This document shows, piece by piece, positions 42,039-64,000 of a DNA stretch of 64,000 nt. Position 1 is the stretch's first letter; each line of letters begins with the position of its first letter. Both the position numbers and the translations under genes were made by a program. This DNA comes from Nitrospirales bacterium. Lineage in GTDB: Bacteria > Nitrospirota > Nitrospiria > Nitrospirales > UBA8639. The stretch is from positions 896,001-960,000 of the forward strand of contig CBDBCZ010000018.1 of assembly GCA_965203295.1 (NCBI GenBank), given 5' to 3'. The notes beneath the pieces are model-generated. The model was not told the DNA's origin, searched no databases, and worked only from the letters and a program-made list of their open reading frames with translations.

Positions 42039-43875
42039 GATTATCAGCTGGTCTATGCAGCCCAAGTCCTTAACTCTCTGAGATGGGGTGGCTTTATCAC
42101 ATGCATGTACGCATGACCGAGAGCAGCTTAGTTTAAAAAAATAACTCACCGCCACTTCTACAGAATGTCAGTAGCTAGCTAGTCTCGTGGGCCAGACTAC
42201 TCAGGCTTCATCACCGGAACCCAAAGCACGTGACAATCATCTGCATCACCGGAACCCAAAGCACGTGACAATCATCTGCTAGTGCCGCAAACGAACATGT
42301 TTCATTAATTTTCATGGCAACAGGCAGTGTGCGCAGTCCGTTGTGTCAGCTTGTGTTCAGGCCTTAAGCCTGGTATGATATTGAACTGTAAATTATCACC
42401 AAGAACAGATGTATATCACAGTTAACCTCGTACCCAGACTTCCCTCCCAGACTTCCCTCCCAGACTTCCCTCCCAGACTTTATTGTCTGGGCAGGTGGAG
42501 GTTATATTACAGTTTTTAGGCTTCTGAGCGTTTAAAGACTGAAAGACCTCTGCTGCTAGGAGCCAGGGTAAGCCGCAAATGGTACTAAACGTATATAGAG
42601 GGCAAAAATGACGTGTCTAAACAAACCACAGGTACCCATTAAGTTCAGCAGTCTTTGTTGATGTACGATCTAATGGATACTGTACGACTATTAGCTATAG
42701 TGGTACATCAAAACAGAATACATGCTAGTGATACGTAAACCAGAAATTTCACACCTAAATTCAAGAAAGTTGGAGTTACAGTGAAGCATTGGACCTGTTG
42801 TGTACCTACTGAAAGGGAGAGAAGACTGATAATGGTGACATTGTTTAGCTACAATCCCCATAAAATCTTTTCTCCTTATGCATGGGTTTTGGGGACAGTT
42901 CTTCGTAAATACCACTCCGTGCAAAGAACTAGCTACTGAAAGGTTGACCATGAATGAATAGGGCTGACATTACTCCACCCACTGGCAGACAAACTGTGCT
43001 AATTAAGATGCACCTGAGTGAGCCTCACATTAGCGATGTCCAATTAAGTCTGCCTCCTTCACACAGTGAGTGTAGTCAGTAAAATTAGCTCAAATCACAC
43101 AATGATTATCGTTAACAGTACACAACAGTCACCTTTTGTCACTAAGGTAGTGAGAAGGCAGGTTGCAAGCAAAGCCACTGCACCATGTAGCGACATCCTA
43201 CCATCCAGTAATTTTGCCTTATCAATAGCTAGTGTTCAATTACAAAAGTTAACGCACACAGAAAAGGCAAACTAAAGAATGTGTATATTGAGACACACTG
43301 TTTTGTACACGCAATGAATTCCTTATTTGTGCACATGCATGTTGATATTCGTGTATGTGTGGGCATTGTTCAGTTTATACAGAGCTCTGCCCAATTGAAT
43401 GCACTGAATAACTTCATCCATCACCTGATTTTATGGTCTGAGCAAGAAACATATGGTCACAGACATGTATGGGCAAAGCTAAAATTCGTACCTCATGATT
43501 TTTACTGAAATGAAATTGAAATATATATCGCACACAATGTGAGTAGCTATCCTCATTCCCAGGCTCCCCCAGGTACATTTGTATAAAAAATCCAACAAAA
43601 ATGGAAGTTGGGAGAGAGGGGAGTCTGGTAGATATTATAACTTTATGACATATATATGACTTTGGGTAGAGGCTTGACATTATAAGATAGATGGCTATAC
43701 TGGAACATGTGAAGTGATCAACTCCAAACACCTTCACCAAAGTATGTTCTCCTTGGCCTTTAACACAGAACTCATTTTTTTACGAATCAAAATAACACTA
43801 GGACAGCTGCAGTATACCAGCAGTTTGAAGTCAATGCCATTTTATCACATGAAAACATTACAGTTTGTGAGTCAC

Positions 43876-43953
43876 TCATCGAGGACAGACATCAACGCAG
43901 TAGATGGCAAGAGGGTCAGTTCTCAGAGACTGGGCCTCCAGCTGCAGGGCATT
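43876..43953 (-). pseudogene. Internally deleted duplicate of the terminal exon
   Basis: It reads CPAAGGPVSEN* and has two deletions relative to 22418-22539. Confidence 0.7.
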
Positions 43954-45590
43954 CTGTGTGTTGTGGTATATCTATAAGCTCCGGTATGTTACTGTAATGT
44001 TTCTCTAAACACTAATTTTGGTCTGTAAGTTCAATTGGATTATAAATTAACAGTTTCCCCATTAATTAGCGACTAGTGCTATAGTTCGTAAAGGATTATG
44101 AAATCAAGTTCATAATTACTAAGCTTAATTGTTTGTCTGATTGTACGTGTGAGTTTGATAGGAAAGCATAGTCATAAAACCATATTCTGGTATCTCCTGG
44201 CATAGCTTAATAGTGACTGTAGGAGGACAGTGATAACTGCCGGTAAGTACACTCAATGTGTATATCCTCGTTCCCAGGCTTTGTATAACCACAAAAATGG
44301 AAGTTAGAAGAGAGGGGAGTCAGGTATAACTTTGTGACATGACTTTGGGTTGAGGTTTGACATTATATATTAAGTAGATGGTTGACATTATATAGTAGAT
44401 GGTTATGCTGGAACATATGAAGTGATCAATTTCAAGACCTACAAGAAAGTAATTTTCAGCAAGCATTTAGACGGACCATGATGTGTATTATCAGTCTCAT
44501 CACTGTCAGTACTCCTCCACACCGCATTACACCATAGCAACACTCGCTGTAACGATGTTGTTGTGCTGTCGCCTGGAATTCTGAAGTCTTGGACTCCTCA
44601 TTTCTCTCTGGAGTTACTATGTATATCTACACCCAAGAGTAGGCCTGTTTATGCACCTAATAGGCCCGTGTGGGCTTTAGGAACCTAATAGTATGTAACC
44701 AAGCCAATCGTGTTTGATGTAATGTGAGGTTGCCCACATTCATTCCAGTATCTATGCCACACAGTAGATAATGCTAATGGGTGTTCTTTATCAGTCTGGT
44801 CGCTGTAGCAGAAACATAAACAGACTTGTTTGAGTCTACAATGCCTGCCTCCGTTGCAGGAGTAAGAAAGTGTGTGGGTTTTACTTAGCTAATGGACCTA
44901 AAATTAGCTGAGCGGCTACCGTGGAGTTATTTTGCTTCCCCCATCCCTGCAAAACAGATTAACCCCATGATTCTATCTAGACTAGTGCTTTATATGCTTC
45001 GCAGGTTGAGAATGTGTTTTGATGCACATCCTCCACAAAGATGGCACTAATTGTCATCAGTCCTTGTTAATGGGTATAGTTAGCTGCACTCTTCATACTG
45101 CTCTATTAGGGGCTATCGTTTAAGTGCATCTTGTGAAATTAAGTAGCTACGTGTAATTGGGATTTTGATGTGCAACCTCCCCAGTCCTGGTTTATGGGTT
45201 AGCTATATACACTGTTCATACTGATCAATCCATAGCTATATTTTAGGTACATCTTGTGAAAGTAGCTACATGTAATTAGTATCCCGAAAGGAGAAAGAAT
45301 GAATTGGGAAGTTGGGGAAGAGAGAAGGATTATGGACGAGTAGCCAGTGGTAAAAAAGATGTATGTCTACCGTAAATAGTTTACACCACTACAGTTGTAC
45401 ATGTAGCTCCTAATTAGTACAGACTAATTAACTATTAGAGCACTTGTATTGTACAATTAGCCAGTCCATACAAAGATATATAACCACCAATACAGCAATT
45501 AATACAGTATATTGATTATTGTGCACCCTTATTATATTTCAGCATATATATACAAGCCAATTAGCAGATCATACTATATTATTAGTAATA

Positions 45591-45760
45591 GTTAAAAGGT
45601 CAGTTTTGGTGAGGGGAATTTTAAGTCCGAGGCAAGTCCGAGGCGAAGCCGAGGAGTTTAACCCCTCACCCAAATTGACCTTTAACTGATTTAATGTACA
45701 TTGGTATGCTTTGAGTGCTATAAGCGTGGGAAAAAGTGGTTGTCATGGTAATGTACATTA
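45591..45760. repeat. Hairpin-ended interspersed repeat, with copies at 52209-52395 (inverted) and 61435-61629
   Basis: GTTAAAAGGTCA...TGACCTTTAAC arms surround the apex CCGAGGCGAAGCCGAGG. Confidence 0.75.
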
Positions 45761-46138
45761 ACGGTACAGAATAAGCCACATGAGTGCGTGGAGTATGGGA
45801 ATGGGAGTTAGGTACAAGCTGTTTTCAAGAATTTTTCTTTCTTTTATCTCTTGCTGGGTTATGATGACATTCAACAGGATGGAAAGAACAAAGTTAGAGG
45901 TATTTTCACACATTCTTAATATAGTGTTATTATTGCTACTGTTTGCAGTACTGAGACATCTAACTGTACAGTGCATGACACGTAGTACGCAATTTACAGC
46001 ATGCACGTTTATACAAGCCAACAATATATAGTAGTTCAAGGTGTGGCTACTTTAGGTACATGCACGTATAATAAACAGCTTCTTATGAAGTTAGTCACAC
46101 TATTAGTGTTCTAAAGCATCACAGTTTGCGAGTATCAC

Positions 46139-55487
<9,349 letters not shown>

Positions 55488-57160
55488 CTGTAGGGAGGAG
55501 AAAGTAGACTCCACTGAATTATTATATATGCTGTCCACATATGAACAGCTAGCTGAAAATGGCTTTATTAAATTAACTTCATGAATTGGTAGAAAGTCTT
55601 ACTATTAATCTACCACGCTTGTAGTAGTCTGACCAATCAGGTAGCTAGATTAGAGGTTTCAAAATCACTTATTCACCTCGTAATAGGTGTCTAACTTACT
55701 CACTTATTCACCTTGTTTTAATACCCTTCAGCCACGCGTTGCCATATAAACACGCATAAATATAACCGCCAGATATAGCGTGGTAGAAGCCAGTTATACA
55801 ACTCGTGGTCGGTGTATAAGTGATTTATTCCCCTCGGGCCTTCGGCCCTCAGTAAATAAATCGCTTATACACCTCCACCTCGTGGTATAACCTATACATA
55901 CAGCACTCACAACCATGCTATGTGCGTTATAAATTATCCATTGGGTGCATTTCTATAACTTTAGGGGGTGTAATAATAAAAATATAGCACTCCTAGAAGG
56001 TACTACATAATTAATAAAACCACTGGTTATCTTAGCATGTAGTAGTGTAGGATACGTTGTACATGATGGAAAAATTCCAGTGTGGGGTCAGGTGCCTTGT
56101 GGAGTTTGATATAATAATTGGATGTTGGTGTGGATTGTAGTGTGTGTGTGGTTGTCAAGGTGTTCGGATGGTAATCCGTGGAAGTTCTGTGGTGTCATTC
56201 CTACTTGTTCAGTTATTCTTTCACGATTCCATCCCTACATGCCCTTTTACTTTTAATGATTATTCTAAAACTTGTTCCTGTTTATTTTTGGGAAGGGGAG
56301 GACCATTGTTTATATCAATGTGGTTGCGTGGGGCAATATATGCTTGTGTGGTAACGATTAAGGTGGAGTAGTACGTACAGTGGGTGTCTGGATTTCGTAG
56401 AGGGCAATGGTATCGATTGAGTGTAATACTTTTTGCTTTGGGTGGACATTTGCTCAGGTTACTGGACTGGGACCACAGTGTAGTTGCTTACTGTTCTAAA
56501 TATATCAAAACTTTCAGGAGACAAATGTATCATCAATGCAGGGTACTAACATGTAACCACACCCTTACTACATAATAGGACATCATCAACGACCACACCC
56601 ATAGACCCCACACTGATGTGTGAGTGGAGACATGGGACCTCTAAGTGAAAACTACAAACCACAAATTTGTTGTCAGTATATTGTCTTACTGTGATAACCT
56701 TAAGCATATATGGTTGTACTTCTTGTGTAGCTTTGTATGTAAGCATACGTCTATAGGTATGAGAGCTACGTCAAGAAAACATGTTTTTGAGCTTCTCCCA
56801 CAGTTACTTAAACGTCCCAGAAAATCACCGTAGCAAGGCGAATAGGTTTATACAAAGTAACGCACACAGGATTTACCTATCGAATCCACATACTGCTTCG
56901 AATCTGTGTTGATTATCAGCTGGTCTATGCAGCCCAAGTCCTGAACTCTCTGAGACAGGGTGGCTTTATCACATGCATGTATGCATGACCGAGAGCAGCT
57001 TAGTTTAAAAAAAAAACTCACCGCTTCTACAGAATGTCAGTAGCTAGCTAGTCTCGTGGGCCAGACTACTCAGGCTTCATCTACGATTGTTGGTTCATCA
57101 CCGGAACCCAAAGCACGTGACAATCACCTGCTAGTGCCGCAAACGAACATGTTTCGGTAA

Positions 57161-57783
57161 TTACCCCGCGCCGCATATTCGCATGCTAGTCTCGATACCA
57201 GCCCTAATCAGGTCGCAAGCGATCGCCGACCTTATTAGGGCTGGTATCGAGACTATGCGCAAGCGGGGTTAAGTAATCGGTTTTGTCCGTCTGTTGTCGT
57301 CGTCATCGTTGTTGTCTGTCATAAATTTTTTTGAAAAATCTCTCGAACGGGCGATTTAGAGGCTATAACGACTTCTAAACAGAAGGCTAACGCTAAAATC
57401 CGTGATACATTAGCCTGTCTGTACCTGATATAGTAGAAAGGGGTTTTATTCTCGGCATTTCCACGCTGTTTCTGATTATCGGTGAGTTCCACCATTTTTT
57501 TCAATACGGCAAGTGGTCACGCCTTTTTTAATATGGCAGTTGGTCACGCCTACGGCTTGAATACGGACATACGCGAGCCCTCGAGTATGGTATACGAGTC
57601 TTTTATTTAACACGGAGCTTAGAAGAGATATTCAGATAGAAAGCATACTGGAGTATAGGCTTACGTAGAGAAACGCGTGCATGTATCAATACTACGGCGA
57701 TCAGCCACGCCTACAGCTCGTATGCGGCGTTACAGTCTGCAGGGTCCAGGAGCGCGGGGTATGTCTCTGCTAGAGACCTCTAG
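57161..57783 (+). mobile_element. Helentron-like (HINE) element of a second subfamily, containing a 69-bp Academ-type hairpin (57187-57255)
   Basis: It starts TTACCCCGCG and ends CGCGGGGTATGTCTCTGCTAGAGACCTCTAG|TTTT. It is absent from the paralogous site at ~42301-42316. Confidence 0.8.
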
Positions 57784-59325
57784 TTTTCATGGCAACAGGC
57801 AGTGTGCGCAGTCCGCTGTGTCAGCTTGTGTTCAGGCCTTAAGCCTGGTGTGATATTGAACTGTAAATTATCACCAAGAACAGATGTATATCACAGTTAA
57901 CCTCGTACCCAGACTTCCCTCCCAGACTTCCCTCCCAGACTTCCCTCCCAGACTTTATTGTGGAGGTTATATTACAGTTTTTAGGCTTCTGAGCGTTTAA
58001 AGACTGAAAGACCTCTGCTGCTAGGAGCCAGGGTAAGCCGCAAATGGTACTAAACGTATATAGAGGGCAAAAATGACGTGTCTAAATAAACCGCAGGTAC
58101 CCATTAAGTTCAGCAGTCTTTGTTGATATACGATCTAATGGATACTGTACGACTATTAGCTATAGTGGTCCATCAAAACAGAATACATGCTAGTGATACG
58201 TAAACCAGAAATTTCACACCTAAATTTACGAAAGTTGGAGTTACAGTGAAGCATTGGACCTGTTGCGTACCTACTGAAAGGCAGAGAAGAATAATGGTGA
58301 CATAGTTCAGTTACAATCCCCATAAAATCTTTTCTCCTTAGCTCCTTATGCATGGGTTTTGGGGACAGTTCTTCGTAAATACCACTCTGTGCAAAGAACT
58401 AGCTACTGAAAGGTTGACCATGAATGAATAGGGCTGACATTACTCCACCCATTGGCAGACAAACTGTACTAATTAAGATGTGCCTGAGTGAGCCTCACAT
58501 TAGCGATGTCCAATTAAGTCTGCCTCATTCACACAGTGAGTGTAGTTAGTAAAATTAGCACACATCACACAATGATTAACAGTACACAAGAGTCACCTTT
58601 TGTCACTAAGGCAGTGAGAAGGCAAGTTGCAATCAAAGCCACTGTTCCATGTAGCGACATCTTACCATCCAGCAATATTGCCTTATCAATAGCTAGTGTT
58701 CAATTGCAAAAATGAATGCACACAGAAAAGGCAAACTAATGAATGTTTACATTGAGACATGCTGTTTTGTACACGCAATGAATTTCTTAATTGTGCACAT
58801 ACATGTTGATAGTCCTGTGTGGGCATTGTTCAGTTTATATAGGGCTCGGCCCAATTGAATACACTTCATCCATCACCTGATTTTATGGTCTGAGCAAGAA
58901 TGACATAGTCACAGACATGTATGGGCAAAGCTAAATTTCGTACTTCATGATTTTTACTGAAATGAAATTGAAATATATATCGCACTCAATGTGAGTAGCT
59001 AGCTATCCTCATTCCCAGGCTCCCCCAGGTACATTTGTAAAAATAATCCGACAAAAATGGAAGTTGGGAGAGAGGGGAGTCTGGTAGATATTATAACTTT
59101 TTGACATATATATGACTTTGGGTAGAGGCTTGATGTTATAAGATAGATGGCTATACTGGAACATGTGAAGTGCAAACACCTTCACCAAAGTATGTTATCC
59201 TTGGCCTTTAACACATGTACAGAACTCATTTTTTTACGAATCAAAAGAACACTAGGACAGCTGCAGTATACCAGCAGTTTGAAGTCAATGCCATTTTATC
59301 ACATGAAAACATTACAGTTTGTGAG

Positions 59326-59444
59326 TCACTCATCGAGTCTGCCCCTCCTGAACCTGCGGTAGCAGACATCAACGCAGTAGATGGCAAGAGGGTCAGTTGA
59401 CAGGAGAGGGTTCTCAGAGACTGCGACTCCAGCCCCAGGGCATT
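59326..59444 (-). other. Duplicate terminal exon with an altered C-terminus (possible alternative last exon)
   Basis: The acceptor is intact. It reads CPGAGVAVSENPLLSTDPLAIYCVDVCYRRFRRGRLDE*, with a 7-bp deletion that removes the last Cys. Confidence 0.55.
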
Positions 59445-60978
59445 CTGTGTGTGGTGTACATATATACTGTCAGTGGTATGTAATGTTCCTCTGAACACTA
59501 ATTTTGGTCTGTAAGTTCAATTGGATTAAAAATTAACAGTTTCCCCATTAATTAGTGACTAGTGCTATTTCGTAAAGGATTATGCAATCAAGTTCATAAT
59601 TACTAAGCTTGTTTGTCTGATTGTACGTGTGAGTTTGATAGGAAAGCATAGTCATAAAACCATATTCTGGTATCTCCTGGCATAACTTAATAGTGACTGT
59701 AGGAGGACAGTGATAACTGCCGGTAAGCACACTCAATGTGTATATCCTCGTTCACAGGCTCCCCCATGTACATTTGTATAACCACAAAAATGGAAGTTAG
59801 AAGAGAGGGGAGTCAGGTAAATATTGTAACTTTGTGACATGACTTTGGGTTGAGGTTTGACATTATAAAATAAGTAGATGGTTAAGCTGGAACATATGAA
59901 GTGATCAACTTCAAAGACCTACAAGAAAGTAATTTTCAGCAACCACTTAGACAGACCATGATGTGTATTATCAGTCTCATCACTGTCAGTACTCCTCCAC
60001 ACCGCATTACAGCATAGCAACACTCGCTGTAACGATGTTGTTGTGCTGTCGCCTGGAATTCTGAAGTCTTGGACTCCTCATTTTTCTCTGTCAAAAAACA
60101 GTTACTATGTATATCTACACCCAAGAGTAGGCCTGTTTATGCACCTAATTGGCGTGTGTGGGGCTTTAGGAACATATGTAACCAAGCCAATCATGTTGGA
60201 TGTAATGTAGTTTAATGAGGCTGCCTACGTTCATTCCAGTATCTATGCCACACAGTAGATAATTATTGCTAATGAGTGTTATTTATCAGTCTGGTTGCTG
60301 TAGCAGAAACATAAACAGACTTGTTTGAGTCTACAATGCCTGCCTCCGTTGCAGGATGTGTGTGTGGGTTTTACTTAGCTAATGGACATAAAATTTTAGC
60401 TGATCCATGAGTGCTATACCATGGAGTTATTTTGCTACCCTCATCCCTGCAAAACAGATTAACCCCATGTTTCTATCTGGACTAGTGCTTATATGCTTCG
60501 CTGGTTGAGAATGAGTTTTGATGCGCATCCTCCACAAAGATGGCACTAATTGACATCAGTCCTTGTTAATGGGTATAGTTAGCTGCACAGTTCATACTGG
60601 TCTATTAGGGGCTATAGTTTAAGTGCATCTTGTGAAATTAAGTAGCTACATGTAATTAGGATATTGATGTGCAATCTCCCCAGTCCTGGTTTATGGGTTA
60701 GCTACACTGTTCATACTGATCAATCCATAGCTATGTTTTAGGTACATCTTGTTAAAGTAGCTACATGTAATTAGGATCCCGAAAGGAGAAAGAATGAACT
60801 GGGAAGTTGGGGAAGAGAGAAGGATTATGGACGAGTAGCCAGTGGTAAAAAAGATGTATGTCTACCGTAAATAGTTTACACCACTACAGTTGACAGTTGT
60901 ACATGTAGCTCCTAATTAGTACAGACTAATTAACTATTAGAGCACTTGTATTCTACAATTAGCCAGTCCATACAAAGC

Positions 60979-61329
60979 TATTTATATCACATTACATCAC
61001 TTTTGGAGAAATTCATTGGCTACAGAGAGGAGTTTAAACGTGTTTATACTACTATTTTGTTTTCATGTTTTACATGCGTGTTTTCATGTTCGTTAACGTG
61101 TTTTTTGTTTACGTAATAAATGAATACTACTGAATGGTAACTATGGCGATGACAAATGGCAAGAAGCGATTGGCCGCCTGTGATATAAGCCGGATATACC
61201 ACGCCTAATCGGAGTATAAACGCGATAAACACCGCTAGACGGTTTATCCTCGGCTACGCCTCGGGTAAACTGTCTAGCGGAGTTTAGCTGCATTTATACT
61301 CCTCGTAGACGTGGTATATATATCCTATA
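60979..61329 (+). mobile_element. ~350-bp insertion ending in a long hairpin
   Basis: It is absent from the paralogous site at ~45471-45485. The hairpin spans 61191-61325 with apex CCTCGGCTACGCCTCGG, and the element ends in CCTATA. Confidence 0.7.
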
Positions 61330-62031
61330 CATAACCACCAATACAGCAATTAATACAGTATATTGATTGTTGTGCACCCTTATTATATTTCAGCATACAA
61401 GTCAATTAGCAGATCATACCATATATTAGTAATAGTTAAAAGGTCAGTTTTGGTGAGGGGAATTTTAAGTCCGAGGCAAGTCCGAGGTGAAGCCGAGGAG
61501 TTTAATTCCTCACCCAAATTGACCTTTAACTGATTTAATGTACATTGGTATAGCAATGAACCCTGTATGTGGTTTCCTCTGAGTGCTATAAGCGTGGGAA
61601 AAAGTGGTTGCCATGGTAATGTACATTAACGGTACAGAATAAGCCACATGAGTGCGTGGAGTATGGGAATGGGAGTTAGGTACAATCTGTTTTCAAGAAT
61701 TTTTCTTTCTTTTATCTCTCACTGGATTATGATGACATTCAACAGGATGGAAAGAACAAAGGTATTTTCACACATTCTATTGCTTAGTATAGTATTATTA
61801 TTGCTACTGTTTGCAGTTTTATTCTACAGTACTGAGACATCTAACAGTACAGTGCATGACACGTACTATGCAATTTAGAGCATGCGCGTGGACACATTTT
61901 ATACAAGCCAACAATATATAGTAGTTCAAGGTGTGGCTACTTTAGCTACATGCACGTATAATAAACAGCTTCTTATGAAGTTAGTCACACTATTTAGAGT
62001 TCTAAAGCATCACAGTTTGCAGCAGTGTCAC

Positions 62032-63451
62032 TCATCGAGGACACAGTCTGCCCCTCCTGAACCTGCGATAGCAGACATCAACGCAGTAGATGGCAAGAGG
62101 GTCATTTGATAACAGGAAGTTCTGGGGAACTCCAGCTGCAGGGCAATCTGCGTGTGATGTAATAGTCTGTGTAAGTCAAGGGCAGATGAACTAAATCAGA
62201 AAAGTTATACTATTAACCAAAAAGTCGTTAATCTTAACTGCACATTGTTTGAAACACGAACAACTAGTCTAAAGAATTACATGTAAGGGACACCGTATAT
62301 TGTTATGGCAATACAGTAACCGTGCCTTCATGATTATCATAAAAATTTAATATTATAATTATTATAAAAATACTATCATTCAAAGATAAATTGTTAGACA
62401 GCTAGGCTAATAACCATGCATGCAAACTATATGACCAGTTATAATAAGGATCATAAACTCACGATCATCTGATGTTATAATTATCCTTGTCTGGTTGCGT
62501 GTGATGGAGACAGGCACCTCAGAGAATGCTACATCCAGTCTGACAAAGAAATGCTCCTTTGTTTCCAAGAAGTCGTCATTTACAATCTCAATTTCAGTAG
62601 TGTACGTAGTCATGAGTGAGCTAAACGTCAAAGTCTTGTCAACAGCACGATAGTCATCTGGAGCTACATGAGAGAGTAGAAAATGAACACAACATTATAG
62701 TATTAGTATTTAATTAGTATTCTTCACAGTATTTGTATCTGTGAAAATACTGAATTTACTCAGTAGGAGATAACCAGAATTGGTTAGTAGCAATTCTGTA
62801 CATATATCGTCTTTGTAGATTACTTACTTGTAGCCACTCCATCTACTGTGTACATCCGCACAGTGACTGTCGTTTCTAATCTTCCTGACAACACCTGTAC
62901 TGTTACTGCTACACCTCCAGTGCCTTCACTTGCATGATAACGAGCTTGAGTGAAGCCAAAGGCAATGCCTGCACAGATAGAAAGTATCAGAATGCAAGTT
63001 AATATGTACATGTAATTATACAGTGACTGCATAATTAAATACCATCATTATTGATAATCGTTACGGTTGTAGTAGAAAGCTCTCCAAGTGACAGCCCTGT
63101 TTCTCCTCTTCGAGTGCTGAGCTCAACACTGAAGCTTTCCATGCCCTCTGCTATGCTATCATCTATAATTTGTAATATGAGGGTTTGCAGCTGTTGGTCA
63201 CCACCAGGTGGGAGTGTTAATGTCTCGGTTGGAGCTGTGAAGTCTTCTCCAGCTGTATTTGAGAGACAATGGTGTGAATCACTTGTACATAAGATTTAAT
63301 AAGGTTTCCTTACCCGTTGCATTCATCAATAATACAGTAACAGTGACTTGCAATGGAGTGACATTCTCTCCTGTCTTGTCAACAGTCAGTACCAGCGTTC
63401 CAACAGCTTCACCTACAGTGTACTCAGGTTGAGTGAACTGCACAGTCACCA
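62032..63451 (-). CDS. 3' end of a further Calx-beta gene (gene C): 2 Calx-beta plus Cys/Arg tail; 5' part lies beyond the window
   Basis: Exons ~63451-63314, 63253-63043, 62968-62828, 62663-62464 and last exon 62147-62032 (CPAAGVPQNFLLSNDPLAIYCVDVCYRRFRRGRLCPR*). Confidence 0.82.
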
Positions 63452-64000
63452 CTGCAGGTGAAGATGGTTGTTAGGATGAACTGCTCGCGAATTGCTATTG
63501 TATAGTTGTACTGTTATTGTGTAGTGTATTTCTCTCTAACAGCACTTAGTACGTTCTGCTCATTCACTGTACTTAGACTTGAAAGTGTGGTACCTTCTTT
63601 TTGAGCTACTAAGTATATGAAGATTCTCAATATTCATCAGTCACAGGCTCAGCAAAACAGTTAGTATTTTCACATTAGAAGAGGGGCAGGTTTCTACCTA
63701 TGTTTCTCAGCTTTTGCAGGTGTCTTGGCTTTTTAAAGTGCTGCTTGACTGCTCTTCAGTAGGATCAGGATCATTCTATATAATTCCCAGCTGCTTAGGA
63801 CTACCCAGGTGTATGAGGCTAGCTAAGGACTGCCAGTGAATTGATTTTTTGCTATTTTAAAAATAGCTTTGTCCTCAAAACTGAAGTTAAAAGTATATGT
63901 ATACCTATGAGCATATGACCAAAATTTGAATTTTGAGCGGCTCCTGAAACACATTTTAAGAGTACTCTCAAATTTAGGAGGGATAAGTTCAATTTTGTGG

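Overview
Eukaryotic animal DNA, most likely a demosponge. This is inferred from the phase-1 Calx-beta exon arrays, short GT-AG introns and repeat types. 1-22 kb is transposon-dense. It holds the 3' end of a poly(A)-tailed LINE, Helentron-like (HINE/DINE-1-type) elements, several MITE families, an intronless 106-aa orphan gene with a TATA box, and a probable IP3-receptor-like pseudogene fragment. It also holds a full-length but mutated 6.0-kb AcademH-type DNA transposon (14635-20663; 72-bp TIRs, 9-bp TSD) carrying convergent spliced transposase and RecQ-like helicase genes. 22.4-63.5 kb is a minus-strand tandem cluster of multi-exon genes built from a 6-Cys N-terminal exon, Calx-beta repeats, sushi/CCP domains and a short Cys/Arg-rich last exon. 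Paralogous copies in this cluster provide filled and empty sites that confirm the TSDs of several elements. Exon coordinates were read by eye and may be off by a few bases. Family names come from motif recognition, not database searches.
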